Assembly: GCA_003009755.1 (NCBI GenBank)
Contig: PXUB01000037.1
Span: forward strand, 850-64,849
Source: Thermoplasmatales archaeon SW_10_69_26
Lineage (GTDB): Archaea > Thermoplasmatota > SW-10-69-26
Reading direction: 5' to 3'
Length of the DNA stretch: 64,000 nucleotides
Shown here: positions 31,746 through 41,480 of the stretch, piece by piece
Numbering within the stretch: position 1 is the first letter of the stretch
Layout of the letters: every line of letters starts with the position of its first letter
The notes under the pieces: model-generated
The model's input: the letters and a program-made list of their open reading frames with translations, nothing else
The model's database searches: none
Told to the model about the DNA's origin: nothing
Program-made: the position numbers and the translations under genes

Positions 31746-32657
31746 ATGATCACGTGCCAGGAGATCACGAAGAGCTACGGGGAACACGTCGTCCTCGCGT
31801 CCGTCAACCTCGATGTGCGGCGGGGCGAGACCTACGGTCTGCTCGGCCCCAACGGGGCGGGGAAGACCACGACGTTCAAGCTCGTCCTCGGCCTCGAGGA
31901 TCTCGACAGCGGTCGGGTCCTGGTGGGGAACAGGGACGTCGACAAGGACCGGGCGAGGTTCCTGGCCGACGTCGGCTACGTTCCCGAGGTCGTACCCGTC
32001 GAACCCCGCAAGACGGCCCGACAGAACCTGCGAGACGTCGGCCGATTGTACGATGTCGCCTCCCAGGAACTCGAGGACCGCATCCCGGAACTGCTGTCGT
32101 TCGTTGGCCTATCGGGGACAGGGGGCGATCGCGTCACCACGTTCTCGAAGGGGATGCGCCAGCGACTGGGGATCGCGCGGAGCCTGCTCCACCGTCCCGA
32201 CCTGTTGCTGTTGGACGAACCGTTCAGCGGGCTCGACCCCGAGGCCCAACGAGAGCTTAGACGTCTCGTCGAAACGCTGGCCTCGGAGGGACTGGCCTTG
32301 CTGATCGCGACCCATCGCCTGGCGGAGGCCTCCGAGATGTGTGACCGGGTCGGGATCCTCCACGAGGGACGCCTCCGTCAAGAGGTCCCGCTCGATGACC
32401 GGTCCCGGGAGAGCATCCACGCCAACTTCCTTGCCCCCGTCGGCGAGGAGGTCCTGGCGGCCGTGAACGATCTCGACGGCGTGGGCGCTGTCGAGCGGGG
32501 GAACGGGTGGGCTCGGATCCTCGCCGACGACGATTTGGGCGTCTCCCAGGTCCGAAGCATCCTCCAGGGGAAGGCCCGTCTCACCCGATACCGGAGCCCG
32601 AAACGGGAGCTCGAAGGTCTCTACGACCGCGTCACCAGCGAGGGGTCGAAGGCATGA
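31746..32657 (+). CDS. ABC-2-type transporter ATP-binding protein
   Basis: GPNGAGKTT, FSKGMRQR and LLLLDEP motifs. Confidence 0.93.
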   Translation: MITCQEITKSYGEHVVLASVNLDVRRGETYGLLGPNGAGKTTTFKLVLGLEDLDSGRVLVGNRDVDKDRARFLADVGYVPEVVPVEPRKTARQNLRDVGRLYDVASQELEDRIPELLSFVGLSGTGGDRVTTFSKGMRQRLGIARSLLHRPDLLLLDEPFSGLDPEAQRELRRLVETLASEGLALLIATHRLAEASEMCDRVGILHEGRLRQEVPLDDRSRESIHANFLAPVGEEVLAAVNDLDGVGAVERGNGWARILADDDLGVSQVRSILQGKARLTRYRSPKRELEGLYDRVTSEGSKA

Positions 32658-33406
32658 TCGGCCCCCTCCGCCGGGAGATGACGACGATGTTGATGAGCTG
32701 GCGGCTCCCCGTGTTCCTCTTGGTCGCCGGCGGGTACCTCACCTACAAGCTGTCCACCCTCCTCGCCGATCCGACCGTCGCCGTCGCCTCGGCCTGGACG
32801 GTTCTGCCCGGCCTCGTCGAGGCCGGCCTCCTCCTCGTTCTCGGCCTGGCTTTCCTCTTCTCGCTCGACGCGCTCTCCCGCGAGCGGGATTCCGGCATGA
32901 TGGCGATCCTCCGCGTGACCCCGGTCACCTCCCACCGGATCGTCGCGGCGAAGCTCACCGTGCTCGCCGTCATCTACGTGGCTGTGGCGTTGCTGCTGGT
33001 GGCTGGGGCCGCCGTCGCCTCGTTCGCGGTCGGGGGACCACTGTTGTCCGCACTGCTCGGGTTCCTCGGCCCGCTCACGCTGGTCTTTTCGTTCCTCGCC
33101 GGGCTCGGGCTCTTCATCTCGGCGGCCACCGGCTCGGCTCGGACGTCGTTCGTCGTCGGTGCCCTGTCGTTCCTCCCGCTTTGGCTGACGATGGAACCGG
33201 ATGGCCCGGGACAGGTCCTCCTCTACCACCTCGGGGCCGGATCCGCGAGCGCCTGGATCCCTCTCGAGGCGGCCTACCTGGCCGGCCTCTCCCCGTTGAG
33301 CGCTTTCCAAACGCGGTGGCCAGCTCTCGTCGGCGCGGGCGTCCTCGGTCTCGTCCTCGCCGCGATCGCTGGGACCGTCATCGATCGCCGGGAGGTGAGC
33401 CTGTGA
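32654..33406 (+). CDS. ABC-2-type permease
   Basis: About six TM helices, the ERDSG...L..TPV....I..AK motif and an ATGA overlap. Confidence 0.85.
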   Translation: MIGPLRREMTTMLMSWRLPVFLLVAGGYLTYKLSTLLADPTVAVASAWTVLPGLVEAGLLLVLGLAFLFSLDALSRERDSGMMAILRVTPVTSHRIVAAKLTVLAVIYVAVALLLVAGAAVASFAVGGPLLSALLGFLGPLTLVFSFLAGLGLFISAATGSARTSFVVGALSFLPLWLTMEPDGPGQVLLYHLGAGSASAWIPLEAAYLAGLSPLSAFQTRWPALVGAGVLGLVLAAIAGTVIDRREVSL

Positions 33407-34989
33407 AACGGATCTTGCCCCTCCTGCTCCTCGCCGGCGCCGGCCTCCTGTTGATCCCACCGGCCCAGGGCGATTCGCCGAGCGTGATGGTCGACGTCGA
33501 AGGCGACTGGAGCTCGGACTCCAACGCGCTCGTCTTCCCCGTCGGGACCCCCCGCGCGATCGACACGACGGTCGCGAACACCGCCGAGGAGCCGGTCGAG
33601 GGCCAGCTCGTCGCCGAGGCGACCATCGGCGAAGAGGTCGCTCGCTGGGAGCAACCCGTCAGGGTCCCCGCCGGCTCGCAGATCCAGCGGCAGCTCGAGG
33701 TACGCTGGCCGGCCCTCCAGTCGGCGACGGTGACCGTCACCTTCGACGGGGAAGCCGAGTCCTCCGAGGCCTTCGCTCAGGGGTTCGGCGTGCCGGCGCT
33801 CGACGTCGAGTTCGATCGTCTGCACGAGAAGGGGCGCTACCTGCCCTACGACAAGCCCCTGACCCCCACCGCGAGCGTCGAGAACCTCGCCGGGGAGCCG
33901 TCGAACCGCACGGAGCTCGCGCTCACGATCGAGAGCTTGGAGGAAGCCGCGAGGACCGACCTCGCCCCGATCGAGGCGGGCGGAACCCGCGAGATCGAGC
34001 TACCCTCGCTGCATCCCTCCGACTCTGGCAGCCTGTCGGTGGGCGGCGCCGGGTCCACGGCGACGACGTCGTTATCGGGGAAGATGATCGCCACGCCGGA
34101 GGGTCCCTCCGCCTACGAGGGTCCGCTCTTCGATTTCGAGGTCCGTGAGGGCGTGGTCCGATCGGCGGGCACGGCCGGTTTCTTGGCCCACGTTCTCAAG
34201 GGCACCGCCCTGGAGCTGGCGGCGTCCTCCGTGACGCCCGGGGAGCCCTCGACCGCCACCGTCTGGGTCGCGAACTTCCGCGGCGAGGGAACCGCCGGCG
34301 CGCGTCTGGACGCCGAGATCTCCCCCCTGCTCATGTCGGGGCCGGACCCCAGCGAGTCGACGGTCGAAACGCGTTCGCTGTATCTCGACCCCTACGAGGA
34401 GAGGCTCGTCACCTTCACCTTCGAGCCGACCGTCGTGGGTCCCCACCGCCTGCAGGCGGACATCGACGGGTACGTCCTGGGGGCCTCGCTGGATGAGGTT
34501 CTGGCTCCCGATCTCGGTGCCCCCGTCCAGGATTGGCAGCTCGAGGATTCCACCCCATCGCTCGCGACCGGCGAGGAGACCGAGATCGAGCTCTCCTGGA
34601 CCCCCGCGGAGGGGTTCGAGGAGGGAACGGTCGGTCTGGCGATCACCCCTGTCCGGCAGGAGAACCAGCGGCTGGATCCCCGCTTCGGCGGCTCGGGGGA
34701 CCAAGCCGAGTTCGTGACCACCCGCACCCTCGACACGCAGATCGTGAACGCCTCGACCGGCGAACGGACGACCACCTTCCAGCTAACGGCGCATGCCACG
34801 GGCATCTTCGACGTCGCCCCCTACATGGAGACGGACGCGGGGATCTCGTCGTTCCCGGACCCCGCATCGGGCAAGCGACGCCTGGAGGTCGTGGACGAGA
34901 GCCCGGACCAGCTTGGTCCCTGGCTCCCGGCGATCGCCTCAGCCTTGCTGGCGGGCGTGGTCACCACGTGTCGCTTCCGCGCCGCCTGA
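33403..34989 (+). CDS. Membrane-anchored surface protein with Ig/CARDB-like beta domains
   Basis: Signal peptide, repeated V.V.N patterns, a C-terminal hydrophobic helix and a GTGA overlap. Confidence 0.7.
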   Translation: MKRILPLLLLAGAGLLLIPPAQGDSPSVMVDVEGDWSSDSNALVFPVGTPRAIDTTVANTAEEPVEGQLVAEATIGEEVARWEQPVRVPAGSQIQRQLEVRWPALQSATVTVTFDGEAESSEAFAQGFGVPALDVEFDRLHEKGRYLPYDKPLTPTASVENLAGEPSNRTELALTIESLEEAARTDLAPIEAGGTREIELPSLHPSDSGSLSVGGAGSTATTSLSGKMIATPEGPSAYEGPLFDFEVREGVVRSAGTAGFLAHVLKGTALELAASSVTPGEPSTATVWVANFRGEGTAGARLDAEISPLLMSGPDPSESTVETRSLYLDPYEERLVTFTFEPTVVGPHRLQADIDGYVLGASLDEVLAPDLGAPVQDWQLEDSTPSLATGEETEIELSWTPAEGFEEGTVGLAITPVRQENQRLDPRFGGSGDQAEFVTTRTLDTQIVNASTGERTTTFQLTAHATGIFDVAPYMETDAGISSFPDPASGKRRLEVVDESPDQLGPWLPAIASALLAGVVTTCRFRAA

Positions 34990-35049
34990 GGGTCCCCGAT
35001 GCGCGGGAGCCCATCCCCGTCCGGCTTCGAGCTCCGGCTTCCCCGCCCT

Positions 35050-35799
35050 CTACCCGCCTTCGCTGCCCGTGATCTCGCGGCGGCGGAACCACAGCGTTCC
35101 CAGCAACCCGGCGACGACGGCGATCGCGACGAGCACGACGACGGCGGTCGTCGTCGTGGCGGGGTCGACGATCTCGCCGGCGAAGAGGCCGCCGCTGACG
35201 AAGCCCTGTTGGTCGACGATCGAGCGCACCCAGTAGGCGACGGTGGCCTTGCGGAACACGAGCCCGCTGCCGGCCACGATCGACTCCCAGCCGACCAGGT
35301 AGCCGAGGCCGAGCAGGATCGGACGCTCGACGAAGGCGCCGAGCAGGGCGAACAGGCTCGTGTACGCCAGGGAGGCCATCCCGGTGACGAGCCAGGTGAG
35401 GCCGACGAGCTCGGCGTCGAGGTGCCCGATGGCGGGGAACACGAGCGTGAGCCCGATGCCGGCGAGCAGCCAGGTGGCCAGCGCGGCGCCGGTCATGCGC
35501 GTGGCGAGCAGCTGGCCGCGCGAGACGGGCCGGGTGGCCAGGTGCACGATGGTGCCCTGCATCAGCTCCTCGCGCAAGGTCGCGACGCCGATGAACAACG
35601 CCATCAGCGGCACGACGAGGCCGACACCGACGACGAAGAGCACGAACGTCGTCTCGGCTTCGGCCGCGGCCTCGCTCCAGCGTCGCAGGCCCAGGCCCAG
35701 CAGAGCCGGGGCCAGCGCGAGCAGGGCGAGCCCGATCCGTCGGCGGCCGGTGAAGGCCTCGCGCAGGGCGTGGCGGGTGAGGGCGAGGTTGGCGTTCAC
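35050..35799 (-). CDS. ABC-2-type permease
   Basis: EE...GT..HL.TRPVSR motif and six TM helices. Confidence 0.85.
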   Translation of the reverse strand: MNANLALTRHALREAFTGRRRIGLALLALAPALLGLGLRRWSEAAAEAETTFVLFVVGVGLVVPLMALFIGVATLREELMQGTIVHLATRPVSRGQLLATRMTGAALATWLLAGIGLTLVFPAIGHLDAELVGLTWLVTGMASLAYTSLFALLGAFVERPILLGLGYLVGWESIVAGSGLVFRKATVAYWVRSIVDQQGFVSGGLFAGEIVDPATTTTAVVVLVAIAVVAGLLGTLWFRRREITGSEGG

Positions 35800-36731
35800 T
35801 CCGAGGCCCCCTTGGTGAGGTAGTTGAAGACGGCTTGGAGGTTGTCGTCGGGGCTGAGCAGCTCCTGGATGTCGTAACCCTCCTCGAGGATCGTGTCGCG
35901 CAACCGGTCGTAGAAGACGTCGGGGGCGCGGGTCTCGGCCAGCACCTCGCCCGGGTCGTCGTCGGTGGGCTCGCTCACGCGGACGCGGACGACGTCGTCG
36001 TGGGCGATCAGCGAGGTCGCCAGCTCGCGGGGTTGGCCCAGGCGGATGGTGATCTTGTGCGGGTGCTCGTCCATGATGTCGCGGATGCGGTGGATGTCGC
36101 CCTGGGCGACGATGCGGCCGCCGACGAGGACGACGATCTCGCGCGTGAGGGTCTCGATCTCGTGCAGCACGTGGCTGGAGAACAGGATCGAGCGGCCCGC
36201 CTCGTCGATGTCCGTTAAAAGCTCCATCATCTCGCGGCGGCCGACCGGGTCGAGGCCGCCGAAGGGTTCGTCGAGCACGAGCAGCTCGGGCTCGTGCACG
36301 AGCGCCATCGCCAGCTTCAGGCGCTGGCGCATCCCGCGGGAGTAGCCGCCGGCCGGGCGGTCGGCGGCCTCGGCCAGGCCCACGCGGGCCAGCCAGTCGT
36401 CGGCGGCCGAACGCGTGCCGGTCTCGGTCAGGTCGGCGGCCAGGTGGGCGTGGTCGCGCCCGGTGCGCTCCTCCCACAGGGACAGCGTCTCGGGCACGAA
36501 CCCGATGCGTTCGCGCAGCTGGGCGTTGCCCCAGGGATCCTCGCCGAGCACGCGCAGTCGGCCCGTGCTGGGCTCCAGTTGCCCGGTGAGGAGGCCCAGA
36601 AGCGTCGTCTTGCCGGCGCCGTTGGGGCCCACGAGCCCGGTCAGGCCAGCCTCGAGATCCAGGGAGACGTCGTTGAGCGCGACGACGTCGCCGTACCACT
36701 TGGAGACGTCCTCGAGCTCGAGCACGCTCAT
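35796..36731 (-). CDS. ABC transporter ATP-binding protein
   Basis: GPNGAGKTT, YSRGMRQR, LVLDEP and SSHVLHE motifs. Confidence 0.93.
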   Translation of the reverse strand: MSVLELEDVSKWYGDVVALNDVSLDLEAGLTGLVGPNGAGKTTLLGLLTGQLEPSTGRLRVLGEDPWGNAQLRERIGFVPETLSLWEERTGRDHAHLAADLTETGTRSAADDWLARVGLAEAADRPAGGYSRGMRQRLKLAMALVHEPELLVLDEPFGGLDPVGRREMMELLTDIDEAGRSILFSSHVLHEIETLTREIVVLVGGRIVAQGDIHRIRDIMDEHPHKITIRLGQPRELATSLIAHDDVVRVRVSEPTDDDPGEVLAETRAPDVFYDRLRDTILEEGYDIQELLSPDDNLQAVFNYLTKGASE

Positions 36732-37573
36732 CCGGCCACCTCCTCGCGGTGGAGGCCCCAGGTCAGCCCGGCGAGGCTCACCAGGACCCAGCCGGCGACG
36801 GTCAGCCAGGCGCCCAGTTCCGGGATGGGGCTGGTCTCGATGCCGAGCAGCGTGTGCGTGGTGCGTTCGAGGGCGTCGAAGAGGTCGATCAACAACAGGT
36901 CGGCGTTGTCGGCGACGCCGCGGGCCACGCGGGCGGCGGCCGCGAGCAGGAACACGAGGCCGACCCAGACGGCCGCGGTCCGACCGCGGGCGCCGACGAC
37001 GGCCGAGACCGCCGCGACGACGAGCGTCGTGACGAGGCCGACGAGGACGCTGGCGGCCAGGATGCCCAGCGGCAACAGCCACACGTTGTCGGGGTACAGG
37101 GCCTCGGGCGTGAACGCGACGGCCAGCAGCCAGAGGACGAGCACCGGGACCGCGGTGACGGCCAGCGTCGCCGCGAAGGGACCGGCGCCTTTGCCGGCCG
37201 CGTACCCGGGCTTGGTGAGCGGGTTGGTGAAGTAGAAGGTGAGGCCGCCGGTCTCCAGGTCCTCGGCGATGACGTCGGCCGCGACGGCGGCGAGCACGAA
37301 CGTGACGCCGAACCGGGCCTGGCTGAGGAGGGCGTCGGCCAGGAACGAGGCCGAGAACGGCGTGGCGCCGGGTTGGGCACCCTGGGCGCCGATCTGCAGC
37401 ACCGCGCCGCGCACGGCGATGTGGAGGAACGAGACGCCGAGGATGACCCAGAACCAGAGGGACGAGCCGACCTGGGCGAGCCCGCGCTGGGCGATCGCGC
37501 CGATGCGGGCCAACCGGGAGGTCCGCGAGCCCTCGTAGGCCTCGTAGGCGGGCTCGTAGACGGCGTCGGTCAC
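36728..37573 (-). CDS. ABC-2-type permease
   Basis: IAEDLETGGLTFYFTNPLTK..Y..GK motif and multiple TM helices. Confidence 0.85.
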   Translation of the reverse strand: MTDAVYEPAYEAYEGSRTSRLARIGAIAQRGLAQVGSSLWFWVILGVSFLHIAVRGAVLQIGAQGAQPGATPFSASFLADALLSQARFGVTFVLAAVAADVIAEDLETGGLTFYFTNPLTKPGYAAGKGAGPFAATLAVTAVPVLVLWLLAVAFTPEALYPDNVWLLPLGILAASVLVGLVTTLVVAAVSAVVGARGRTAAVWVGLVFLLAAAARVARGVADNADLLLIDLFDALERTTHTLLGIETSPIPELGAWLTVAGWVLVSLAGLTWGLHREEVAG

Positions 37574-38496
37574 GCCGATCCCTCCTGCAGGGAGCGGACG
37601 AGCGCCTCCTCGAGATCCTGGCGGGCGGGCGTGAGCTCGCGCACCTGGACGCCGGCCTCGCGGGCCGCCGCCAGCACGAGCCGGGGCCCGGCGTCCTCGG
37701 GCAGGTGGACCAGGCGAACGCCCTCGGGCGAGGTCTCCAGCTCGGCTTCTCGGCCGGCCAGCTGCTCCGCGAAGGCATCGACGTCGCCTCGCACCCGGAC
37801 GCGTAGCGTGGATCGGCGCAGGGCGGTGAGGTCCTCCAGGCGAGCGTTGGTGACGGCTTGCCCGTTGGAGAGCACGAGCGCGCCCTCGCACACGGCCTCG
37901 ACCTCCGGCAGGATGTGGCTGGCCATGACGACGGAGACGTCGTGCGTGCTGGCGAGGTTGCCGACGAGCTCGAGCATCTCCTCGCGGCCCTCGGGGTCGA
38001 GCCCGTTCGTCGGCTCGTCGAGGAACAGCAGGTCGGGATCGTGGACGAGGGCCTGCGCGATCTTGACGCGTTGGCCCATGCCTTGGCTGTAGTCGACCGT
38101 CGGCCGGTAGCGGGCCTCGCCGAGGCCGACGAAGTCGAGCACGCTGTGGGCGCGCTGGGCGGCGACGTCGGCCGGTAGTCCGCCCAGGCGGCCGGCGTAG
38201 GTGACGTACTCGGTGCCGGTGGCGCCGCGCACGAACGCGTCACGCTCGGGGGCGAGGCCGGTCTGCTCGCGCACGCCGACGGGATCCCGGGCGGGATCGA
38301 CGCCGGCCACGCGGGCCGACCCGCTGGTGGGGTCGGTCAACCCCAACAACAGGCGAAGCAGCGTCGTCTTGCCGGCGCCGTTGGGGCCCAAAAGGCCCCA
38401 CGTGCCGGGCGGGATGTCGACGGTGAGATCCTCCAAGGCCTGCACGGGCCCGAACCGCTTGGTTAGGCCGTCGGTGGTGATGACGGGCGCGACCAC
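37570..38496 (-). CDS. ABC transporter ATP-binding protein
   Basis: GPNGAGKTT, YSQGMGQR and FLDEPTNGLDP motifs. Confidence 0.93.
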   Translation of the reverse strand: MVAPVITTDGLTKRFGPVQALEDLTVDIPPGTWGLLGPNGAGKTTLLRLLLGLTDPTSGSARVAGVDPARDPVGVREQTGLAPERDAFVRGATGTEYVTYAGRLGGLPADVAAQRAHSVLDFVGLGEARYRPTVDYSQGMGQRVKIAQALVHDPDLLFLDEPTNGLDPEGREEMLELVGNLASTHDVSVVMASHILPEVEAVCEGALVLSNGQAVTNARLEDLTALRRSTLRVRVRGDVDAFAEQLAGREAELETSPEGVRLVHLPEDAGPRLVLAAAREAGVQVRELTPARQDLEEALVRSLQEGSA

Positions 38497-38548
38497 GCAG
38501 GGCGAATGCGGGGGATGGGAAGAAGGGTTGGGGTTCGGTCTCGTGACG

Positions 38549-39226
38549 TCACTCGCGGGCGAGCAACCACAGCGCCACACCCGCCACGAGGCCGGCCAGC
38601 GCGGGCGCCCAGACGAGGTCCAGGTTCCCGGCGAAGCGCTCGGTCAGCGGGGCCAGCAGGGCGAAGGCGAGCACGAGCGTGGCGCCGGCGAGCCCAGAGA
38701 CGACGAGCCACCGGATCGCGGCCGCTCGGGTCGCGCGATCGGCGAGCGGGCCACCCAATCCACGGCGTTCCAGCTCGGCGAGCACGCGTTCGCGGGCGCA
38801 GATCCCCATCTCGACGGTCGCCAGCGCGACGAGGCCGGCCGAGACGAGCCACACCTGGGCTGGGGGATCCAGCGTGGCGCCGGCCTGGCCGCCACCGAGA
38901 CGGGCCCAGGGGACGCGTCCGTAGGGGAGGGTGAGCACGGCGACGGTGGCGACGGTCCACAGCCCGAACCCGGTCCCGGTGCGGCCGCTGACGAGGAAGG
39001 TGCCCAACCCGACGAGCGTGGCGAAGCCACCGGTGAACGCGATCGCGAACCCGAGCGTGGCCTCGTCGGGGCCCAACAGTGGTGGGGCGAGCTCGCTGGC
39101 GCCGAGCAGGGCTTGCTCGACCCAGGCCACGTCGCCGGCGACCAGCTGCATCAGGAGGGCGAGGCCGAGCCCGTAGGCGAGCCCGATGGCGCCGCGGCGA
39201 GCTGGGCGGGCCAGCGTCTCAGCCAC
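38549..39226 (-). CDS. Hypothetical multi-pass membrane protein
   Basis: About six hydrophobic segments. It overlaps the DUF58 gene stop. Confidence 0.7.
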   Translation of the reverse strand: MAETLARPARRGAIGLAYGLGLALLMQLVAGDVAWVEQALLGASELAPPLLGPDEATLGFAIAFTGGFATLVGLGTFLVSGRTGTGFGLWTVATVAVLTLPYGRVPWARLGGGQAGATLDPPAQVWLVSAGLVALATVEMGICARERVLAELERRGLGGPLADRATRAAAIRWLVVSGLAGATLVLAFALLAPLTERFAGNLDLVWAPALAGLVAGVALWLLARE

Positions 39227-40505
39227 GGGGCACCACGTCCTGGAACAGCAGGCGTTCGAGCGGATCCTCGCGCGGGTTCCAGCCGATCACGTGGGCCCCC
39301 AACCGGCGCAGTCGGTCGTGGCGGGGCTGGATCTCGTGGTCGAGGAGGCGAGCGGCTTGGTGGGTCGCCTCGTCGCCGTCGACCAGGTGGTGGGCCAACG
39401 GTTCGATCACGACGACGGGCTGGGGGTCCTCGCCGGCCATCGCGTTGATGCGGCGGATCGCTTCCTCGAGCTCGTCACTAGCAACGTCCGTGCGCGTCAG
39501 GAACACGACCATGGGCTTGTGCTGGACGAGCCAGGCTTGGGAGTCGACGACGGCTTGCAAGGGGCCCTCGTCGGTGTCGCCGGGGGCCAACCGGGACAGG
39601 CGGCGTTGCAGCTTGTGGAATTGCTTGTCGCCGACGTCGGGGTACACGGGATCGCCGGCGTCGGTGTTGTAGGCGTGCAGGCCGACGCGGTAGCCCCGGT
39701 CGAGGTAAGCCATCGCCAGCCCGCTGGCGGCGCCCACGGCGGCCTCGAACCCGTTCTCGACGCTCGTGCCGACGGCCATGTGCCGGCCGGCGTCCAGCAG
39801 GAACCACACGGCCTGGCGGCCCTCGACCTCGTACTCGTTGACGAGCGGGCGGTCGGCGGCCGGGCCCAGGCGGGCGGTGGCCTTCCAGTTCACGGCTTTG
39901 GGCGGGTCGCCGAACCGGTACTCGCGGATCTCGCGGAAGTCGGTCGTCTTCAGGCCGATCCGGGCGGCGTCCTCGTCGGCGCCGACCTCGGCGGCCGTGC
40001 CGCGCATGCGCTGCAGCCGGCGCAGCGGGATCAAGGCCGGGTGCACGTCGATCGTGGCCGCCTCGCCGACGGGCTGGGCCGGCTTTGAGCGCAGGCCCAC
40101 CTGCGGGACGGGTGCCACCTGGGCCGGGCCCAGCTCGTGGCGGCCGCGCTTGGCGGTGCGCACCTTGACCGAGACGGTGTGGGCGTCCTCGCTGGCCGCG
40201 AGCAGGGCGAGGTTGGGGTCCTCGGGCACCGAGAAGGGGTCGGGCAACGGGAGGCTGAGGGCCACCAGGCCGCGGCCGTCGGTCTCGAGGTGCACGCTCA
40301 CGTCGACGAGGTCGCCGGCGCGAGCCTCGGAGGGGGCCTCGATCTCGACGTCGCGGACGTGGGGCGGGGTCTCGGCGAGCCCGACGAGCGCCGTCACGAG
40401 CGGGAGCGCGCTGAGGCCGACGAGCACGAGGTTCGCCGTGCCCAGGCCGGCGACGAGCAGGGTCGTGCCGACGAGCAACAGCCCGTGGGCGGCGCGCGTG
40501 AACAC
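39219..40505 (-). CDS. DUF58 (vWA-like) MoxR-associated protein
   Basis: N-terminal TM pair, RG, F..IREY..GDP.K.VNWKATAR, LVNEYE.E and LLDAG..M motifs. Confidence 0.9.
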   Translation of the reverse strand: MFTRAAHGLLLVGTTLLVAGLGTANLVLVGLSALPLVTALVGLAETPPHVRDVEIEAPSEARAGDLVDVSVHLETDGRGLVALSLPLPDPFSVPEDPNLALLAASEDAHTVSVKVRTAKRGRHELGPAQVAPVPQVGLRSKPAQPVGEAATIDVHPALIPLRRLQRMRGTAAEVGADEDAARIGLKTTDFREIREYRFGDPPKAVNWKATARLGPAADRPLVNEYEVEGRQAVWFLLDAGRHMAVGTSVENGFEAAVGAASGLAMAYLDRGYRVGLHAYNTDAGDPVYPDVGDKQFHKLQRRLSRLAPGDTDEGPLQAVVDSQAWLVQHKPMVVFLTRTDVASDELEEAIRRINAMAGEDPQPVVVIEPLAHHLVDGDEATHQAARLLDHEIQPRHDRLRRLGAHVIGWNPREDPLERLLFQDVVPRG

Positions 40506-40508
40506 GGG

Positions 40509-41480
40509 TCAGGCCTCGCCTCGCGAGTACGCGGTGGGCGGCTCGACGTCGCCGATCGCGGCCTCGACGACGTCGGCGTCCTCGGTGCCCTCGATCACGT
40601 GTTCCATGTCGAGCACGATGCGGTGCGCCAGCGCGTCGACGGCCAGGTCCTTGACGTCGTCGGGCGTCACGTAATCGCGGCCGCGGGTCATCGCGAGCGC
40701 TCGACTCAACCGCAACAGGGCGAGGTCCCCGCGCGGGCTGGGGCCGACGTCGACCGCCTCGTGGGCGCGGGCGGTGCGCACGATGCGGGCGATATACTCG
40801 ATGATCGCTTCGTGGACGAAGATCTTGTCCTCGACGACGCGTTGCAGGCGTTGGAAGGTCTGCATCGAGATGACGGGCTCGACGTCGCCGCTGGGGTCGT
40901 TCTTGCTCCAGTCGATGCGGCGGCGCATGATCTCGGACTCGTCGTCGAGCGAGTCGGGGTAGCCCATCTGCAGGCGCACCAGAAAGCGGTCCATCTGGGC
41001 CTCCGGCAGGGGGTAGGTGCCCTCCTGTTCGATGGGGTTTTGCGTGGCGAGCACGAAGAAGGGCGAGGGGATCTCCATCGTGTCGCCCTCGATCGTGACC
41101 TGGCGCTCCTCCATCGACTCCAGCAGCGCGGATTGGGTCTTGGGCGGGGCGCGGTTGATCTCGTCGGCGAGGACGACGTTGGCGAAGATCGGGCCTTTCT
41201 CGAGCTGGAACTCGCCCGTCTTGGGGTTGTAGATGTTCGTGCCGACGATGTCGGCGGGTAGCAGGTCGGGCGTGAACTGGATGCGGTCGAACTCGCAGCC
41301 GACGGCTTGGGCGAACACCTTGACGAGCAGCGTCTTGCCGAGCCCGGGGTAGTCCTCGAACAGGACGTGCCCGTTCGCGAGCGCGGCGGCCAGCAGCTTC
41401 TCGACGGTGTCGGGGTGGCCGACGAACACGTCGTTCACGGTCTCGCGGATCTGGGTGCACTTGCGGGCGACGCGTTTCAC
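40509..41480 (-). CDS. moxR: MoxR-family AAA+ ATPase
   Basis: EDYPGLGKT, RIQFTPDLLPAD, DEINRAPPKTQSALLE and ATQNPIEQEGTYPLPEAQMDRF motifs. Confidence 0.96.
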   Translation of the reverse strand: MKRVARKCTQIRETVNDVFVGHPDTVEKLLAAALANGHVLFEDYPGLGKTLLVKVFAQAVGCEFDRIQFTPDLLPADIVGTNIYNPKTGEFQLEKGPIFANVVLADEINRAPPKTQSALLESMEERQVTIEGDTMEIPSPFFVLATQNPIEQEGTYPLPEAQMDRFLVRLQMGYPDSLDDESEIMRRRIDWSKNDPSGDVEPVISMQTFQRLQRVVEDKIFVHEAIIEYIARIVRTARAHEAVDVGPSPRGDLALLRLSRALAMTRGRDYVTPDDVKDLAVDALAHRIVLDMEHVIEGTEDADVVEAAIGDVEPPTAYSRGEA

